A stretch of DNA of 64,000 nt from an uncultured Chloroflexia bacterium (GTDB lineage Bacteria > Chloroflexota > Limnocylindria > Limnocylindrales > CSP1-4), in contig CAWBTQ010000008.1 in NCBI GenBank assembly GCA_963791725.1, positions 360,359 through 424,358 of the forward strand, written 5' to 3'. The translations under genes were made by a program, and so were the position numbers. This document shows positions 54,917-64,000 of this stretch, one piece after another (position 1 is the stretch's first letter; each line of letters begins with the position of its first letter). The notes under the pieces were generated by a model. That model saw nothing but the letters and a program-made list of their open reading frames with translations. It searched no databases and was not told where the DNA came from.

Positions 54917-56440
54917 TCAACGGAGCAGACCCGCAAGGAGCAGCTCCGCGATCCGGTAGCTCTTGCCGCCGCCCATGACCAGGACGGCGTCGCCCGGGCG
55001 GACCTCGCGCTGGAGCCACGCAGCCGTCTGCTCGACGCTGCCGGGCGCCACGGCCCGCAGACCCGGCCTGCCGCGCCTTGTCGCGGCGGCCAGAGCGGCG
55101 GCCGAGGTGATCGTCGTATCCGGGTCGCGGCTGGCCCAGATGTCCGCGATCACGACCGCGTCGGCCGTTGCCAGCACGGACGCGAACTCCTCGAGCATGG
55201 CCGCGGTGCGGTGATACGTCAGCGGCTCATACACGGCCCAGATGCGCCGTCCCGGCTCAAGCTGGCGGATGGCGGCGAGCGTCTCTCGTATGGCCGTGGG
55301 ATGGTGGCCGTAATCGTCATAGACGACGACGCCCTTCGCCTCGCCCTTCCGCTCCAGGCGCCGGCCCACGCCGCCGAAACCGGCGATCCCGTCGGCCAGA
55401 GCCTCCGGTGGGACACCCAGCATGAGGGCGGCTCCGGCCACGCCGAGAGCGTTGGCCGCGTTGTGGCGCCCCGCCAGCCGCAGGTGGACGGTCAGCGGGC
55501 CTGGAAGGGTCAGGCCGGCCAGGCGCAGCTCCGTTCCACGCGCATCGGCCGCCACGATCGTCCCCGTGAGCACCGCTTCCGTCCCAGGAGCATCAGCGAT
55601 CGAGCCGGTTGTGAGTCTCGTTCCGATTACACGTCCGGGCAGGCCGCGGAGTCGCGCCACGACCTCGACAACGCCGGGGTCTGCCACGTTGGCCACAAGC
55701 ATTGGCGCCGGCGCCGTCCGAGCTGCGCGCTCGAGCCAGGAAGCGAAGCAATCGACCACGGCCGCCCTGTCGGCGAACACGTCCGGATGATCCCATTCGG
55801 CCGATGTCAGGACGGTCAGGTCCGGCCGATACGCGTCGAAGTTGCCGGCGTACTCGTCCGCTTCAACGACGAACGGCATCCCGCGACCCGAGCGGGCCGT
55901 CGAGGCGAGCCCGCCGGTCAGCCCTGCGGGCAGCAACGCCCCAACGCACGCAGACGGGTCCAGACCCGCTTCGGCCAGGACGTGGACGAGCCAGCCGGAC
56001 GTGGTGCTCTTGCCGTGTGTGCCGGCCACTCCGACGAGGGTCTTGCCCACGGCGGCGTCGGCGATCACCTGCTGCCACGGCTCGAGCGGGACCGACGCCG
56101 ACCTTGCGGCGACGAGTTCAGCGTTGCCGGGGTCTACGGCCGTGAGCGCCTTAGTGACCGCCAGCCGATCCGGAAGCGGCCCGGCCGTGACGTGACGCGG
56201 ATCATGGGCCCAATCGAGGCGCATCCCGGCCGCTTCGAGTGGCGGCGTATAGGGTGACGGCCCGCCCCGGTCGCAGCCGCTGACGTCCGCTCCGGCGTTA
56301 TGAGCCAGCAGCGCCGCCGCGGACGCTCCCGCGCCGGCCGCACCGACGACGTGTATCCGCTCGCCTTCGCGGATCGGGCGCGCCTCTCTTGCGGGCGCGA
56401 GTCCACTCCCCACCGCGGCCGCGCCCCGTACGGTCTTCAC
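54917..56440 (-). CDS. Mur ligase family protein, UDP-N-acetylmuramate--L-alanine ligase (MurC)-like
   Basis: IHVVGAAGAGASAAALL...GVAGTHGKSTTSGWL...DEYAGNF...YDDYGHHPTAI. Lies outside any dcw cluster, so may be a paralog or Mpl-like recycling ligase. Confidence 0.7.
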   Translation of the reverse strand: MKTVRGAAAVGSGLAPAREARPIREGERIHVVGAAGAGASAAALLAHNAGADVSGCDRGGPSPYTPPLEAAGMRLDWAHDPRHVTAGPLPDRLAVTKALTAVDPGNAELVAARSASVPLEPWQQVIADAAVGKTLVGVAGTHGKSTTSGWLVHVLAEAGLDPSACVGALLPAGLTGGLASTARSGRGMPFVVEADEYAGNFDAYRPDLTVLTSAEWDHPDVFADRAAVVDCFASWLERAARTAPAPMLVANVADPGVVEVVARLRGLPGRVIGTRLTTGSIADAPGTEAVLTGTIVAADARGTELRLAGLTLPGPLTVHLRLAGRHNAANALGVAGAALMLGVPPEALADGIAGFGGVGRRLERKGEAKGVVVYDDYGHHPTAIRETLAAIRQLEPGRRIWAVYEPLTYHRTAAMLEEFASVLATADAVVIADIWASRDPDTTITSAAALAAATRRGRPGLRAVAPGSVEQTAAWLQREVRPGDAVLVMGGGKSYRIAELLLAGLLR

Positions 56441-56949
56441 CCCGCGCCGGCGACGCTGCCCGCCGCCGCGACGCGCTCCAGCATCAACTCGAGCGCGGCG
56501 CGGGCGCTGGATTCGCGGTTGCCGGACCGGTCGCCCGACCAGACGAAACGCCGGACGTCGACGCCGCTCACGTCGGCCACGGCCACGTATGTAAGCCCCA
56601 CCGGCTTGGCCGGGCTGCCGCCCGACGGTCCGGAGACACCGGTGACGGCCACGGCGATGTCTGCGCCCGTGCGCTCTAGGGCGCCGAGGGCCATCGAGCG
56701 AGCCACTTGCGCACTGACGGCGCCGTGGGCGGCGAGGAGGTCGTCAGGCACGCCGAGCAGGCGCACCTTGGCGTCGTTGGAGTACGAGACGAGCCCTGCT
56801 CGAAAGTAGCCGCTCGATCCGGCGATGTCGGTGATGAGTTTGGCGACGAGACCGCCCGTGCACGATTCCGCGGTCGCAACCGTGAGCCCACGGTCGAGGC
56901 AGGTGGCCTGGAGGCGTTCAACCAGCTGGACCAGCGACTCGCTCTCCAT
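56437..56949 (-). CDS. pncC: CinA C-terminal domain protein / NMN amidohydrolase
   Basis: LTVATAESCTGGLVAKLITDIAGSSGYFRAGLVSYSNDAK, the PncC/CinA-C signature. Confidence 0.8.
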   Translation of the reverse strand: MESESLVQLVERLQATCLDRGLTVATAESCTGGLVAKLITDIAGSSGYFRAGLVSYSNDAKVRLLGVPDDLLAAHGAVSAQVARSMALGALERTGADIAVAVTGVSGPSGGSPAKPVGLTYVAVADVSGVDVRRFVWSGDRSGNRESSARAALELMLERVAAAGSVAGAG

Positions 56950-56951
56950 GG

Positions 56952-58397
56952 CTATGGGCAGGCGGCGATGTTCCGAGGCCCCTTAGCGTCGATGTAGGCG
57001 TGCGTACCGCCGAATCCGCTGATCGGCCCGTACGGCGTGCCGTTGACGGTGATGTACACGCGGTTGGGACGACTACCGGAGACCACGCAGACGTACCGGC
57101 TGCCGGCCACGGTAAACGACCAGCCATCCGCCTGAGTGACAGTTGCGCTGTCGACGACGCCATCGTGGAAGACGCCCACGGACGCGGAACCGCCTTTGAC
57201 CTGGACCATGACGTTGATGCCCGTGTACTGAACCGACACGGTTCTCAATACCGGTTTGGTCACGGCGCCGGTCGGGCTCAAGCCGACGAGCGAGAGCTGC
57301 CACCTTCCCGGCGTCAGTGTGAGATCGACCGCGAAAGTGCCGTCGGCACCAGGCTTCGTGGAGGCCGGCTGTGGGCCCGGAGCCACCGACGGCCCGGCCG
57401 AGGCGCTGGCCGAGGCGCCGGCCGAGGCGCCCGCCGAAGGCAACGCCGATCGAGCCGCGGCGGTGGGGCTCGGAGCCGGGGGCGCCGTGGATCCAGGCGC
57501 GAGCGGCGGTCCGAGATACGTCGGGGTCACCGTTACTGTGGCAACGTCGGTCGTTGTGCCGGTGACGACGACCGCGCCGCTGGCTAGCGACGCCGCGTCG
57601 GCAGGCGTCGCGAACGCGACCTGCGGCGTCAGCGGGGTCGGTGTTGGAACCGGAACGACGACGATCAGCCGGACGGTGTTGCTGGCATGACTGGTGTCGA
57701 GGTTCTTGGCAGTGATGTCGAACTGGTTGGGGCCGTCCTGCAGGACGGCTTTGTAGGTCCACTGGCCGGCGTCATCGGCGACGACGATCTGAGGGTCCTG
57801 GCCGTTCCACTTGATGAGGACGGTGGCCCCGGGCGTGGCCGTGCCCTTCAGAACATAGCTGGTGGTCCCGACCGGGACGGTGATGGGCGCCGAACCGCCG
57901 GAGGCGACCGCGAGCGTCGGATAGGAGAGGTAGCGCGTCAGCTGATATCCGAAGTAGGCGGCGACGATCAAGACGACGACGGCGACGACGGCGATGACCA
58001 CATGGCTGCGCTGGAAGGCCACACCGCGGCGAATCGTGAGCGGCTGCGGTCCGACAATCAGCGCACTCACCGGGCCACTGCCGCCGGACTCCCGGCGCCA
58101 CTCTTCCTCGATCTCGTCCGGGTCAAGGCCCAGGTACGTCGCGTAGTTCCTGAGGAAGCCGCGCGTGTAGACATCACCAGGCAGGTCGGCGAAGTCACCT
58201 TCCTCGAGGTCGGCGAGGAACTTGTGCCGGATCTTGGTGTCGCGCTCGACACGGTACAGGTCCACGCCCCTGATCTCGCGGGCGTCCCGCAGGCGTTCCC
58301 CCACCGCAGACCGGCCATCGAGGCCCGCCCCCGCGCGGCCCGTCCTCTGGCCAATCATGCGGCGTCCCTGACGCCGCGATGGTCTCGTGCTCGTCAT
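56952..58397 (-). CDS. rodZ: RodZ-like cytoskeleton protein (XRE HTH, TM helix, Pro/Thr-rich periplasmic region, C-terminal DUF4115-like domain)
   Basis: LGERLRDAREIRGVDLYRVERDTKIRHKFLADLEEGDF...GFLRNYATYLGLD, then TM VVIAVVAVVVLIVAAYF, then a low-complexity PT-rich region. Confidence 0.7.
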   Translation of the reverse strand: MTSTRPSRRQGRRMIGQRTGRAGAGLDGRSAVGERLRDAREIRGVDLYRVERDTKIRHKFLADLEEGDFADLPGDVYTRGFLRNYATYLGLDPDEIEEEWRRESGGSGPVSALIVGPQPLTIRRGVAFQRSHVVIAVVAVVVLIVAAYFGYQLTRYLSYPTLAVASGGSAPITVPVGTTSYVLKGTATPGATVLIKWNGQDPQIVVADDAGQWTYKAVLQDGPNQFDITAKNLDTSHASNTVRLIVVVPVPTPTPLTPQVAFATPADAASLASGAVVVTGTTTDVATVTVTPTYLGPPLAPGSTAPPAPSPTAAARSALPSAGASAGASASASAGPSVAPGPQPASTKPGADGTFAVDLTLTPGRWQLSLVGLSPTGAVTKPVLRTVSVQYTGINVMVQVKGGSASVGVFHDGVVDSATVTQADGWSFTVAGSRYVCVVSGSRPNRVYITVNGTPYGPISGFGGTHAYIDAKGPRNIAACP

Positions 58398-60757
58398 ACA
58401 TCGTCCTCGCCGTATCCACCGCGTGAATCGGACGGCGCACCGTCTCGGCGCAGCACCTGCCGCGCATTCGACCCGTCGAATGGGCCGATGTACCCCCGTT
58501 CCTCCAGCTGATCAATGATCCGCGCGGCGCGGGCGTAACCGATCTTGAGGCGTCGCTGGAGGAGCGACGCGGATGCACGATCGTACTCCTGGATGACGCC
58601 CACGGCATCGAGCATGAGACGGTCCGCATCGTCGTCGGGCAGTTCGCTCGCGTTCGAAGGCTCCTCGTCGGTCTCGATGATGGCCATGTCGTAGTGCGGC
58701 TCAGCCTCGGCGCGCCAGTGTTCGCAGATGTTGCCGATCTCCTTGTCCGACACGAACACGCCTTGCAAGCGTATCGGCCGCGGCAGGTCGGCAGGCTGGA
58801 AGAGCATGTCGCCCCGCCCGATCAAATCCTCGGCGCCGGGCATGTCGAGGATCGTTCGCGAGTCGATCTGGGAAGCCATCGCAAAGGCGATACGGCTCGG
58901 GAAGTTGGCCTTGATCAGGCCCGTGACTACGTTGACCGACGGCCGCTGGGTCGCGAGAACCATGTGGATACCGGTAGCGCGGGCCTTCTGTGCCAGCCTG
59001 ACGATCGGCTCCTCGACGTTCTTTCCCTCGCGCATCATCAGGTCGGCCAGCTCGTCGATGACGATGACCACGTACGGCAGGCGGTCGGCGGGATCGGCCC
59101 GCGTCTCGTTGTAGCCGGCCAGGTTTCGGGCGGTGGCGCCGGCGAAGCGCCGATATCTGTTCTCCATCTCCGTCACGGCCCACTTGAGCGCCGCCTTGGC
59201 CCGTTCGGTCTCCGTGATCACGGGCACCATCAGATGCGGCAGGCCGTTGTACGCCGAGAGCTCGACTCGCTTGAGATCCACCAGCACGAGCCTAACCTCG
59301 GTCGGTGTGGCTTTGCAGAGCAGGCTCGAGATCAACGCGTTGACCATGACGCTCTTGCCCGAACCGGTCGCTCCGGCGATCAGCAGGTGCGGCATCTTGG
59401 CCAGGTCCGCCGCCCTGGCATGACCGGCCACGTCGCGGCCGAGAGCGAAGGTCAGCTTGGAGGTCGCCTGGAAGTCGACCTCCTCCAGGATCCGCCGCAG
59501 GGCGACGATATTGAAGTCCTTGTTCGGGATCTCGATCCCCACCACGCTCTTGCCCGGGATCGGCGCCTCGATGCGGATGGTGCGCGCCGCCAGGGCCATG
59601 GCCAGGTCGTCGGAGAGGGCTTCGATGCGCGAGACCTTGATATCCGGCGAGGGCTCGATCTCGTACTGGGTCACGACCGGACCGGCATTCCAGACCGCGA
59701 CCCGGGCCGGAATGTTGAAGCTGGCCAGCTTCGCGGCGATGATCGCGGCGTTTCGCTCGTGGTCCATGCCGCTTTCGCCAATCCGTGGGGCCGCGTCGTC
59801 GAGCAACGTCAACGGCGGCAGCCGGTACTCGACCGGCACCTTCTCCGCCGCCACCGTCCCGCCAAGCTTGGACTGAGGTGGCACGCCCAGACCCGGGTGG
59901 GGGCCGCGCAGAGTAGCGCCGTCGCGCACCGACGCGCCTTCGCGGGCCGCGGTGGCGGGTTCATGTAGTGGCCCGCCCGGTGCCCCGGCCATCGTCGGGG
60001 CAAAGGTCAGCGACGTCGGACCGGGGTTCGGCACCGCGACCGGGATCGCCGGCGTGCGGTCGTCACCGAAACGATGCGGGTCGGCCGTCGCCGCCGTCTT
60101 GGCGGCCTTCTCCGGTCGGTCGGGCCTCGTAGCCGCGACGCCGCTCGCCTGCGACTCCGGCGCAGGTCGGAAGAGGGACGCCATCGCCCGTGACACGAAG
60201 CGCCCCAGCGGAGCCATGACCGCTGGCAGAGACGTGTCGAGGGCGAGCAGGGCGCCCGCAACCATGCCCAGCGTCAGGAGGAAGCCGGTCCCAGGCGCGG
60301 TGACCAGCGGGGAGAGGAAGTTGGCCAGGGCCCGGCCGATGTATCCGGCCGCCGGCCACTTGCCCCACGTGCCCTCGAGCAGCCCGGCGATGCCCAACAG
60401 CGAGCCATACGCCAGGCCGCTGCCGAGCAGGGTAAGCTGCCAATCCCAATGCTCGCCGTGGGCGCGTTCCAGGTAGTAACCGAGCAGGATGAGGACCGGC
60501 GGCAGGAGCCATCGCGCCGTGCCAAACCACGGTGCTATTGCATCGCGCTCCCAGCTGGTCAGGGAGCCGCCCTGGATCGTGAGCCCGATCAGAAGCGTCA
60601 CGCCCACCAGCTGCATCGCCAGCGCAAGCAGCCAGCGCACGATCTCGGAGGAGACCGTCCATTGGCGCGTCGACCGCCGCCTCCGCACCGGAGGCACGGC
60701 ACGACTGCTCCGAGTGGAGCTCGACCGGCTCGACGCGGCGCTGGCCCGGGGCGGCAT
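58394..60757 (-). CDS. ftsK: DNA translocase FtsK/SpoIIIE
   Basis: N-terminal multi-TM domain, linker, and motor domain with Walker A GATGSGKSV and the C-terminal gamma winged helix (...LLQRRLKIGYARAARIIDQLEERG). Confidence 0.9.
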   Translation of the reverse strand: MPPRASAASSRSSSTRSSRAVPPVRRRRSTRQWTVSSEIVRWLLALAMQLVGVTLLIGLTIQGGSLTSWERDAIAPWFGTARWLLPPVLILLGYYLERAHGEHWDWQLTLLGSGLAYGSLLGIAGLLEGTWGKWPAAGYIGRALANFLSPLVTAPGTGFLLTLGMVAGALLALDTSLPAVMAPLGRFVSRAMASLFRPAPESQASGVAATRPDRPEKAAKTAATADPHRFGDDRTPAIPVAVPNPGPTSLTFAPTMAGAPGGPLHEPATAAREGASVRDGATLRGPHPGLGVPPQSKLGGTVAAEKVPVEYRLPPLTLLDDAAPRIGESGMDHERNAAIIAAKLASFNIPARVAVWNAGPVVTQYEIEPSPDIKVSRIEALSDDLAMALAARTIRIEAPIPGKSVVGIEIPNKDFNIVALRRILEEVDFQATSKLTFALGRDVAGHARAADLAKMPHLLIAGATGSGKSVMVNALISSLLCKATPTEVRLVLVDLKRVELSAYNGLPHLMVPVITETERAKAALKWAVTEMENRYRRFAGATARNLAGYNETRADPADRLPYVVIVIDELADLMMREGKNVEEPIVRLAQKARATGIHMVLATQRPSVNVVTGLIKANFPSRIAFAMASQIDSRTILDMPGAEDLIGRGDMLFQPADLPRPIRLQGVFVSDKEIGNICEHWRAEAEPHYDMAIIETDEEPSNASELPDDDADRLMLDAVGVIQEYDRASASLLQRRLKIGYARAARIIDQLEERGYIGPFDGSNARQVLRRDGAPSDSRGGYGEDDV

Positions 60758-62425
60758 CTACACCTCCACCACGACTGGGAAGACGAGCGGCCGCCGGCGC
60801 GTCTGCTCGTACAGATACCGGGAGACTTCGTCCTTGATCTGACTCTTGAGCAGGCCGACTTCGCTCGTCCGGTCGCCCGGGCTCTCGATCGCGGCCAGGA
60901 TGTGCTCCACGGCGCCGATCATCAGCGGATCGCGCTCATTGCCGTGGACGAAGCCGCGGGTCACGATCTCGGGCCGGGCCACGACCTTGCCCGTCTGCTT
61001 GTCCACCGTGACGACGACGATGAACATGCCGTCGCTGGCCAGGGCGCGCCTGTCCCGGAGGACGACCTCGCCTACGTCGCCAACCGACAGCCCATCGACG
61101 AGAACGTAACCCGACGTCACCGGCGCCGCCCGGCGGGCGCTGCCGTCGGCGAAGAACTCGATGGCCTGACCATTTTCGATGATGAAGACGTTCTCCGGGG
61201 CAACCCCGGTCTCGACGGCCAGGCGGCCATGCTGGACGAGCATCCGGAACTCGCCGTGGATCGGGATGAAGTACTTGGGCCGGGTCAGGCCGAGCATCAA
61301 CTTGAGCTCTTCCTGGCTGGCGTGCCCCGACACGTGGGCATGCTTGACGGTGTGGTAGAAGACGTTGGCGCCGGCCTTGAACAGGTTGTCGATGGTGCGG
61401 GCCACGTACTCTTCGTTGCCGGGGATCGGGCTGGCACTGACGATCACGGTGTCGCCGGGCTGGATCTCGACGTAACGGTGGTCGCGGTTGGCCATCCGGG
61501 CCAGGCCCGCCATCGGTTCGCCCTGGGCCCCGGTCGTGGCGATGACGATTCGATTTGACGCCGCCGAGCCGATCTGGTCCTTGCCCACGATCTGGCCGGG
61601 GGCGTAGGTCAGATACCCCAGGTCCGTTGCGATCCTGAAGTTCTGCTCCATGGAGCGGCCAACGACCGCCACCTTGCGATCGAACGTGGCGGCGGCGTCG
61701 ATGACCTGCTGGATCCGGGCGATGTTACTGGCGAAGGTGGCCACGATGACCCGGCCGTCGAGCGGCTCCATGATCTCGCGGAAGGTCTCCCCGACCGTCC
61801 TCTCGGAAAGCGTGTAGCCCGGGTTCTCCGCACGGGTCGAATCCGAAAGCAGGCAGATGACGCCGTCCTCGCCCAGCCGCGAGAGCATGGCGAAGTCGGA
61901 GCGCCGGCCGTCGACCGGGGTGTGGTCGAACTTGAAGTCGCCGGTCGTGACGACGGTGCCCACGGGGGTGTGAAGCGCGATCCCCATCGCGTCCGGGATC
62001 GAGTGGCTGATCCGGAAGGGCTCGATACGGAACGGCCCGATCTGGAGCATGTCCCCCGGATCGAGAGGCAGGAGAGGATTGTCGTGGAGCTTGTGCTCCT
62101 TGACCTTGATCCCCAGCAGCCCCCGGGCCAGAGTCGAGGCGTAGACGGGGACGCCCGGCAGGTACGGCAGCACGTACGGCAGTCCGCCTACGTGGTCCTC
62201 GTGAGCGTGGGTGATCAGGAAGGCGCGAACCTTCTCCCGGTTCTCGCGCAGGTACGTGACGTCGGGGATGACCAGGTCGATCCCGAACATCTCTTCGTCC
62301 GGGAACATCAACCCGCAGTCGACCACGACGATGTCATCGCCGTACTCGAACACGTACATGTTCTTGCCGATCTCCCCCACGCCTCCGAGGGGGATGATTC
62401 GGAGCGGAGTCTCGTTATCAGGCAT
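60758..62425 (-). CDS. rnj: ribonuclease J (metallo-beta-lactamase / beta-CASP)
   Basis: LRIIPLGGVGEIGKNMYVFEY...LITHAHEDHVGGLP...GDFKFD..., the RNase J signature. Confidence 0.9.
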   Translation of the reverse strand: MPDNETPLRIIPLGGVGEIGKNMYVFEYGDDIVVVDCGLMFPDEEMFGIDLVIPDVTYLRENREKVRAFLITHAHEDHVGGLPYVLPYLPGVPVYASTLARGLLGIKVKEHKLHDNPLLPLDPGDMLQIGPFRIEPFRISHSIPDAMGIALHTPVGTVVTTGDFKFDHTPVDGRRSDFAMLSRLGEDGVICLLSDSTRAENPGYTLSERTVGETFREIMEPLDGRVIVATFASNIARIQQVIDAAATFDRKVAVVGRSMEQNFRIATDLGYLTYAPGQIVGKDQIGSAASNRIVIATTGAQGEPMAGLARMANRDHRYVEIQPGDTVIVSASPIPGNEEYVARTIDNLFKAGANVFYHTVKHAHVSGHASQEELKLMLGLTRPKYFIPIHGEFRMLVQHGRLAVETGVAPENVFIIENGQAIEFFADGSARRAAPVTSGYVLVDGLSVGDVGEVVLRDRRALASDGMFIVVVTVDKQTGKVVARPEIVTRGFVHGNERDPLMIGAVEHILAAIESPGDRTSEVGLLKSQIKDEVSRYLYEQTRRRPLVFPVVVEV

Positions 62426-62463
62426 TGCTACTCGCGTGACGGGACCGTCCAGTTGCGTCCATC

Positions 62464-63336
62464 CTAGAAGAGGGTGAGCTGGTCTGTCGGGTCGGATTCT
62501 GCAGCCAGAGCCAGGGATTCGGCCGTATCGGCCGATTCGAGTGGCCCGACTCGAGGGGAGGTCGGGGCGGCCGGAGCCACCTCCGTTGCTGCCGCGGCGG
62601 CCTCGAGCGCCGGCGGTCCATCGGGTGGCGCTATCACAACCTCAGCGGGCCGGCCGGCCTCGCAGGTATCGGGATTGAGAGCGGCCATATCGTCTGCGGC
62701 TGGTGCCGCAGCCGTCGCAGGGGCGGCAGCGGTCACTGAGCTCCGCCGCCGGCGGGCCTCCAGGAGAGCGGCCGGCACACCCTCCATGTCTCGGAAGAGC
62801 GTCGCCTTGAGCGAGCCCTGATGCAGCGCGGCGGCGGGATGGTACATGGCATAGGTGAGGGCCTCGGGCGCACCGGCCTCGGCGTCGGCCGGCCGGAACG
62901 TTCCGTGGACCTGGCCAATCCGGGCGCCGGGGCTGAATCGCGCCATCGAGAAGCGGCCCAGGGTCACCACCAGCGCCGGGTCGAGGGCCGCGAGCTGACG
63001 GGAGAGAAACGGCGCACACGCGGCGATCTCGTCGGGCTCCGGATCGCGGTTCTCGGGCGGCCGGCACTTGACGACGTTGGTTATGAAAACCTCATCTCGG
63101 GACCAGCCCACCGAACCGAGCAACTCGGTCAGGAGGGCGCCGGCCTGGCCCACGAAGGGACGGCCCTGGCGGTCCTCGTTGAACCCCGGGCCTTCGCCGA
63201 CGAACATGACCTCGGTAGCCGCGGTCCCCTCTCCGGGGACCGCCCGAGTCCGAGTCTGGTGCAGCCGGCAGCGGGTGCAGACCGCCACCTCCGCCGCGAT
63301 TGCGTCGAGCGCCGCGCGGCGCTCGGCCTCGGTCAC
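62464..63336 (-). CDS. uracil-DNA glycosylase family 4 (4Fe-4S type) with a low-complexity Ala/Pro-rich C-terminal tail
   Basis: CTRCRLHQTRTRAVPGEG...VMFVGEGPGFNEDRQGRPFVGQAGALL...ITNVVKCRPPENRDP, the family-4 UDG motifs. Confidence 0.8.
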   Translation of the reverse strand: MTEAERRAALDAIAAEVAVCTRCRLHQTRTRAVPGEGTAATEVMFVGEGPGFNEDRQGRPFVGQAGALLTELLGSVGWSRDEVFITNVVKCRPPENRDPEPDEIAACAPFLSRQLAALDPALVVTLGRFSMARFSPGARIGQVHGTFRPADAEAGAPEALTYAMYHPAAALHQGSLKATLFRDMEGVPAALLEARRRRSSVTAAAPATAAAPAADDMAALNPDTCEAGRPAEVVIAPPDGPPALEAAAAATEVAPAAPTSPRVGPLESADTAESLALAAESDPTDQLTLF

Positions 63337-64000
63337 GACGGCTCCCCGACCGAAGTCGGCGCTCCGCGGCGCGAACGCGCCTTGACCCAGCCCCGCTCGA
63401 CGAGCATCTCGGCGATCTCGACGGCGTTGGTCGCGGCGCCCTTGCGGAGGTTGTCGCTGACCACCCAGAACGCGAGGCCGCGCTCGACTGACGGGTCCTT
63501 CCGGATCCGACCCACGAAGACATCGTCCTTGCCGGCCGCCTGCGTGGCGAGCGGGTAGACGTGGCCTGCAGGCTCGTCCATGACGACGACGCCGGGGATC
63601 GCGGCGAAGGCTCGGCGAGCCTCTTCGGGCGTCATCGGCTTCTCGGTCTCGACGTGCACCGCTTCAGAGTGACTGACGAAGACCGGGACACGGACCGCCG
63701 TGCATGACAACCGCAGGTCCGGGAGATGGAGGATCTTGCGGCTCTCGGTCACGACCTTCCACTCCTCGCGGGTGTAGCCGTTCTCGAGGAAGACGTCGAT
63801 CTCGGGCAGTGCGTTGAAGGCGATCGGGTGCGGGTAGACGGTCGCGACCTTCGGCTCGCCGGCGACGTGGGCCCGAATCTGGGTCTCGAGCTCGGCCAGC
63901 GCCTCTGCCCCGGTCCCGGACACGGATTGATAGGTGTCGACGACGACTCGCTCGATGCCGGCGGCGTCGCGGAGCGCCATGAGTACGGGCGCCAGTTGCA
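63333..64000 (-). CDS. asd: aspartate-semialdehyde dehydrogenase, C-terminal part (gene continues beyond window end)
   Basis: ...VVVDTYQSVSGTGAEAL...NALPEIDVF...YTREEWKVVTESRKIL...CTAVRVPVFVSHSEAVHVE...WVVSDNLRKGAATNAVEIAE. No start codon inside the window. Confidence 0.85.
   Translation of the reverse strand, partial: QLAPVLMALRDAAGIERVVVDTYQSVSGTGAEALAELETQIRAHVAGEPKVATVYPHPIAFNALPEIDVFLENGYTREEWKVVTESRKILHLPDLRLSCTAVRVPVFVSHSEAVHVETEKPMTPEEARRAFAAIPGVVVMDEPAGHVYPLATQAAGKDDVFVGRIRKDPSVERGLAFWVVSDNLRKGAATNAVEIAEMLVERGWVKARSRRGAPTSVGEPS

Noticed and set aside
1-64000. Long Arg/Pro/Gly-rich antisense or off-frame ORFs (e.g. 216..818, 861..1961, 8696..9436, 19970..21634, 22603..24726, 35363..35944, 35923..37275, 42504..43301, 52028..53098, 52245..52955)
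   Set aside because: They overlap well-supported genes on the opposite strand or in another frame, and have the RPGRA-rich composition expected from open frames in 70%-GC DNA. Not reported as genes.
1-64000. CRISPR arrays, rRNA, tRNA, transposase or integrase genes
   Set aside because: No regularly spaced direct repeats, no rRNA-like conserved blocks and no recognisable tRNA cloverleaf/T-loop motifs in the intergenic regions inspected. No DDE/tyrosine-recombinase-like ORFs.

Overview
High-GC (about 70%) bacterial chromosomal window, dense in housekeeping operons on both strands. Left to right: a histidine operon (hisC', hisD, hisG) headed by a TrpR-like yerC gene, with hisA/priA divergent; a TetR-headed menaquinone operon (menF-menD-menH-menB-menA-menC-menE); an EF-G paralog; yebC-ruvC-ruvA-ruvB-tgt; a Firmicutes-style recA-recX-rny(RNase Y)-ymdB block; a PHP phosphoesterase, miaB and miaA; an XRE regulator plus small membrane protein; hflX; a 600-nt gene-free region; and a GT2 polyprenol-phosphate-mannose synthase plus GT-C (GT39/ArnT-like) glycosyltransferase pair. 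Next comes an accessory-looking stretch (about 33.5-41.3 kb) holding a HicAB toxin-antitoxin pair, a lipoprotein gene and a DDAH-like amidinotransferase gene (each broken by two apparent frameshifts), a parallel beta-helix protein, a membrane-anchored lytic-transglycosylase-domain protein with N-terminal tandem repeats, and a small secreted protein. The window then returns to core-like genes: a UbiE/MenG methyltransferase fused to a membrane domain, two RibD-C (DHFR-family) paralogs, an aldo-keto reductase, an F420-type Ddn-like nitroreductase, pfkA, a GNAT, a frameshifted class-V aminotransferase, pncB, an ALS-like TPP enzyme, yajQ, a MurC-like ligase, pncC, rodZ, ftsK, RNase J, a family-4 UDG and the start of asd. 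No rRNA, tRNA or CRISPR was recognised. The most unusual signals are: (1) two copies of a conserved repeat element with 9-bp terminal inverted repeats bracketing the GT2/GT-C pair, together with degenerate GTTGAGGCGG-CCCAACG repeats; (2) a perfect GAAC-N4-GTTC Cheo/LexA-like dyad at the head of the gene-free region, while recA itself has no such box; (3) apparent single-base frameshifts in at least five genes, all in GC-rich runs, so either pseudogene decay or assembly indels; (4) the unusual secreted/cell-wall gene cluster beside HicAB.
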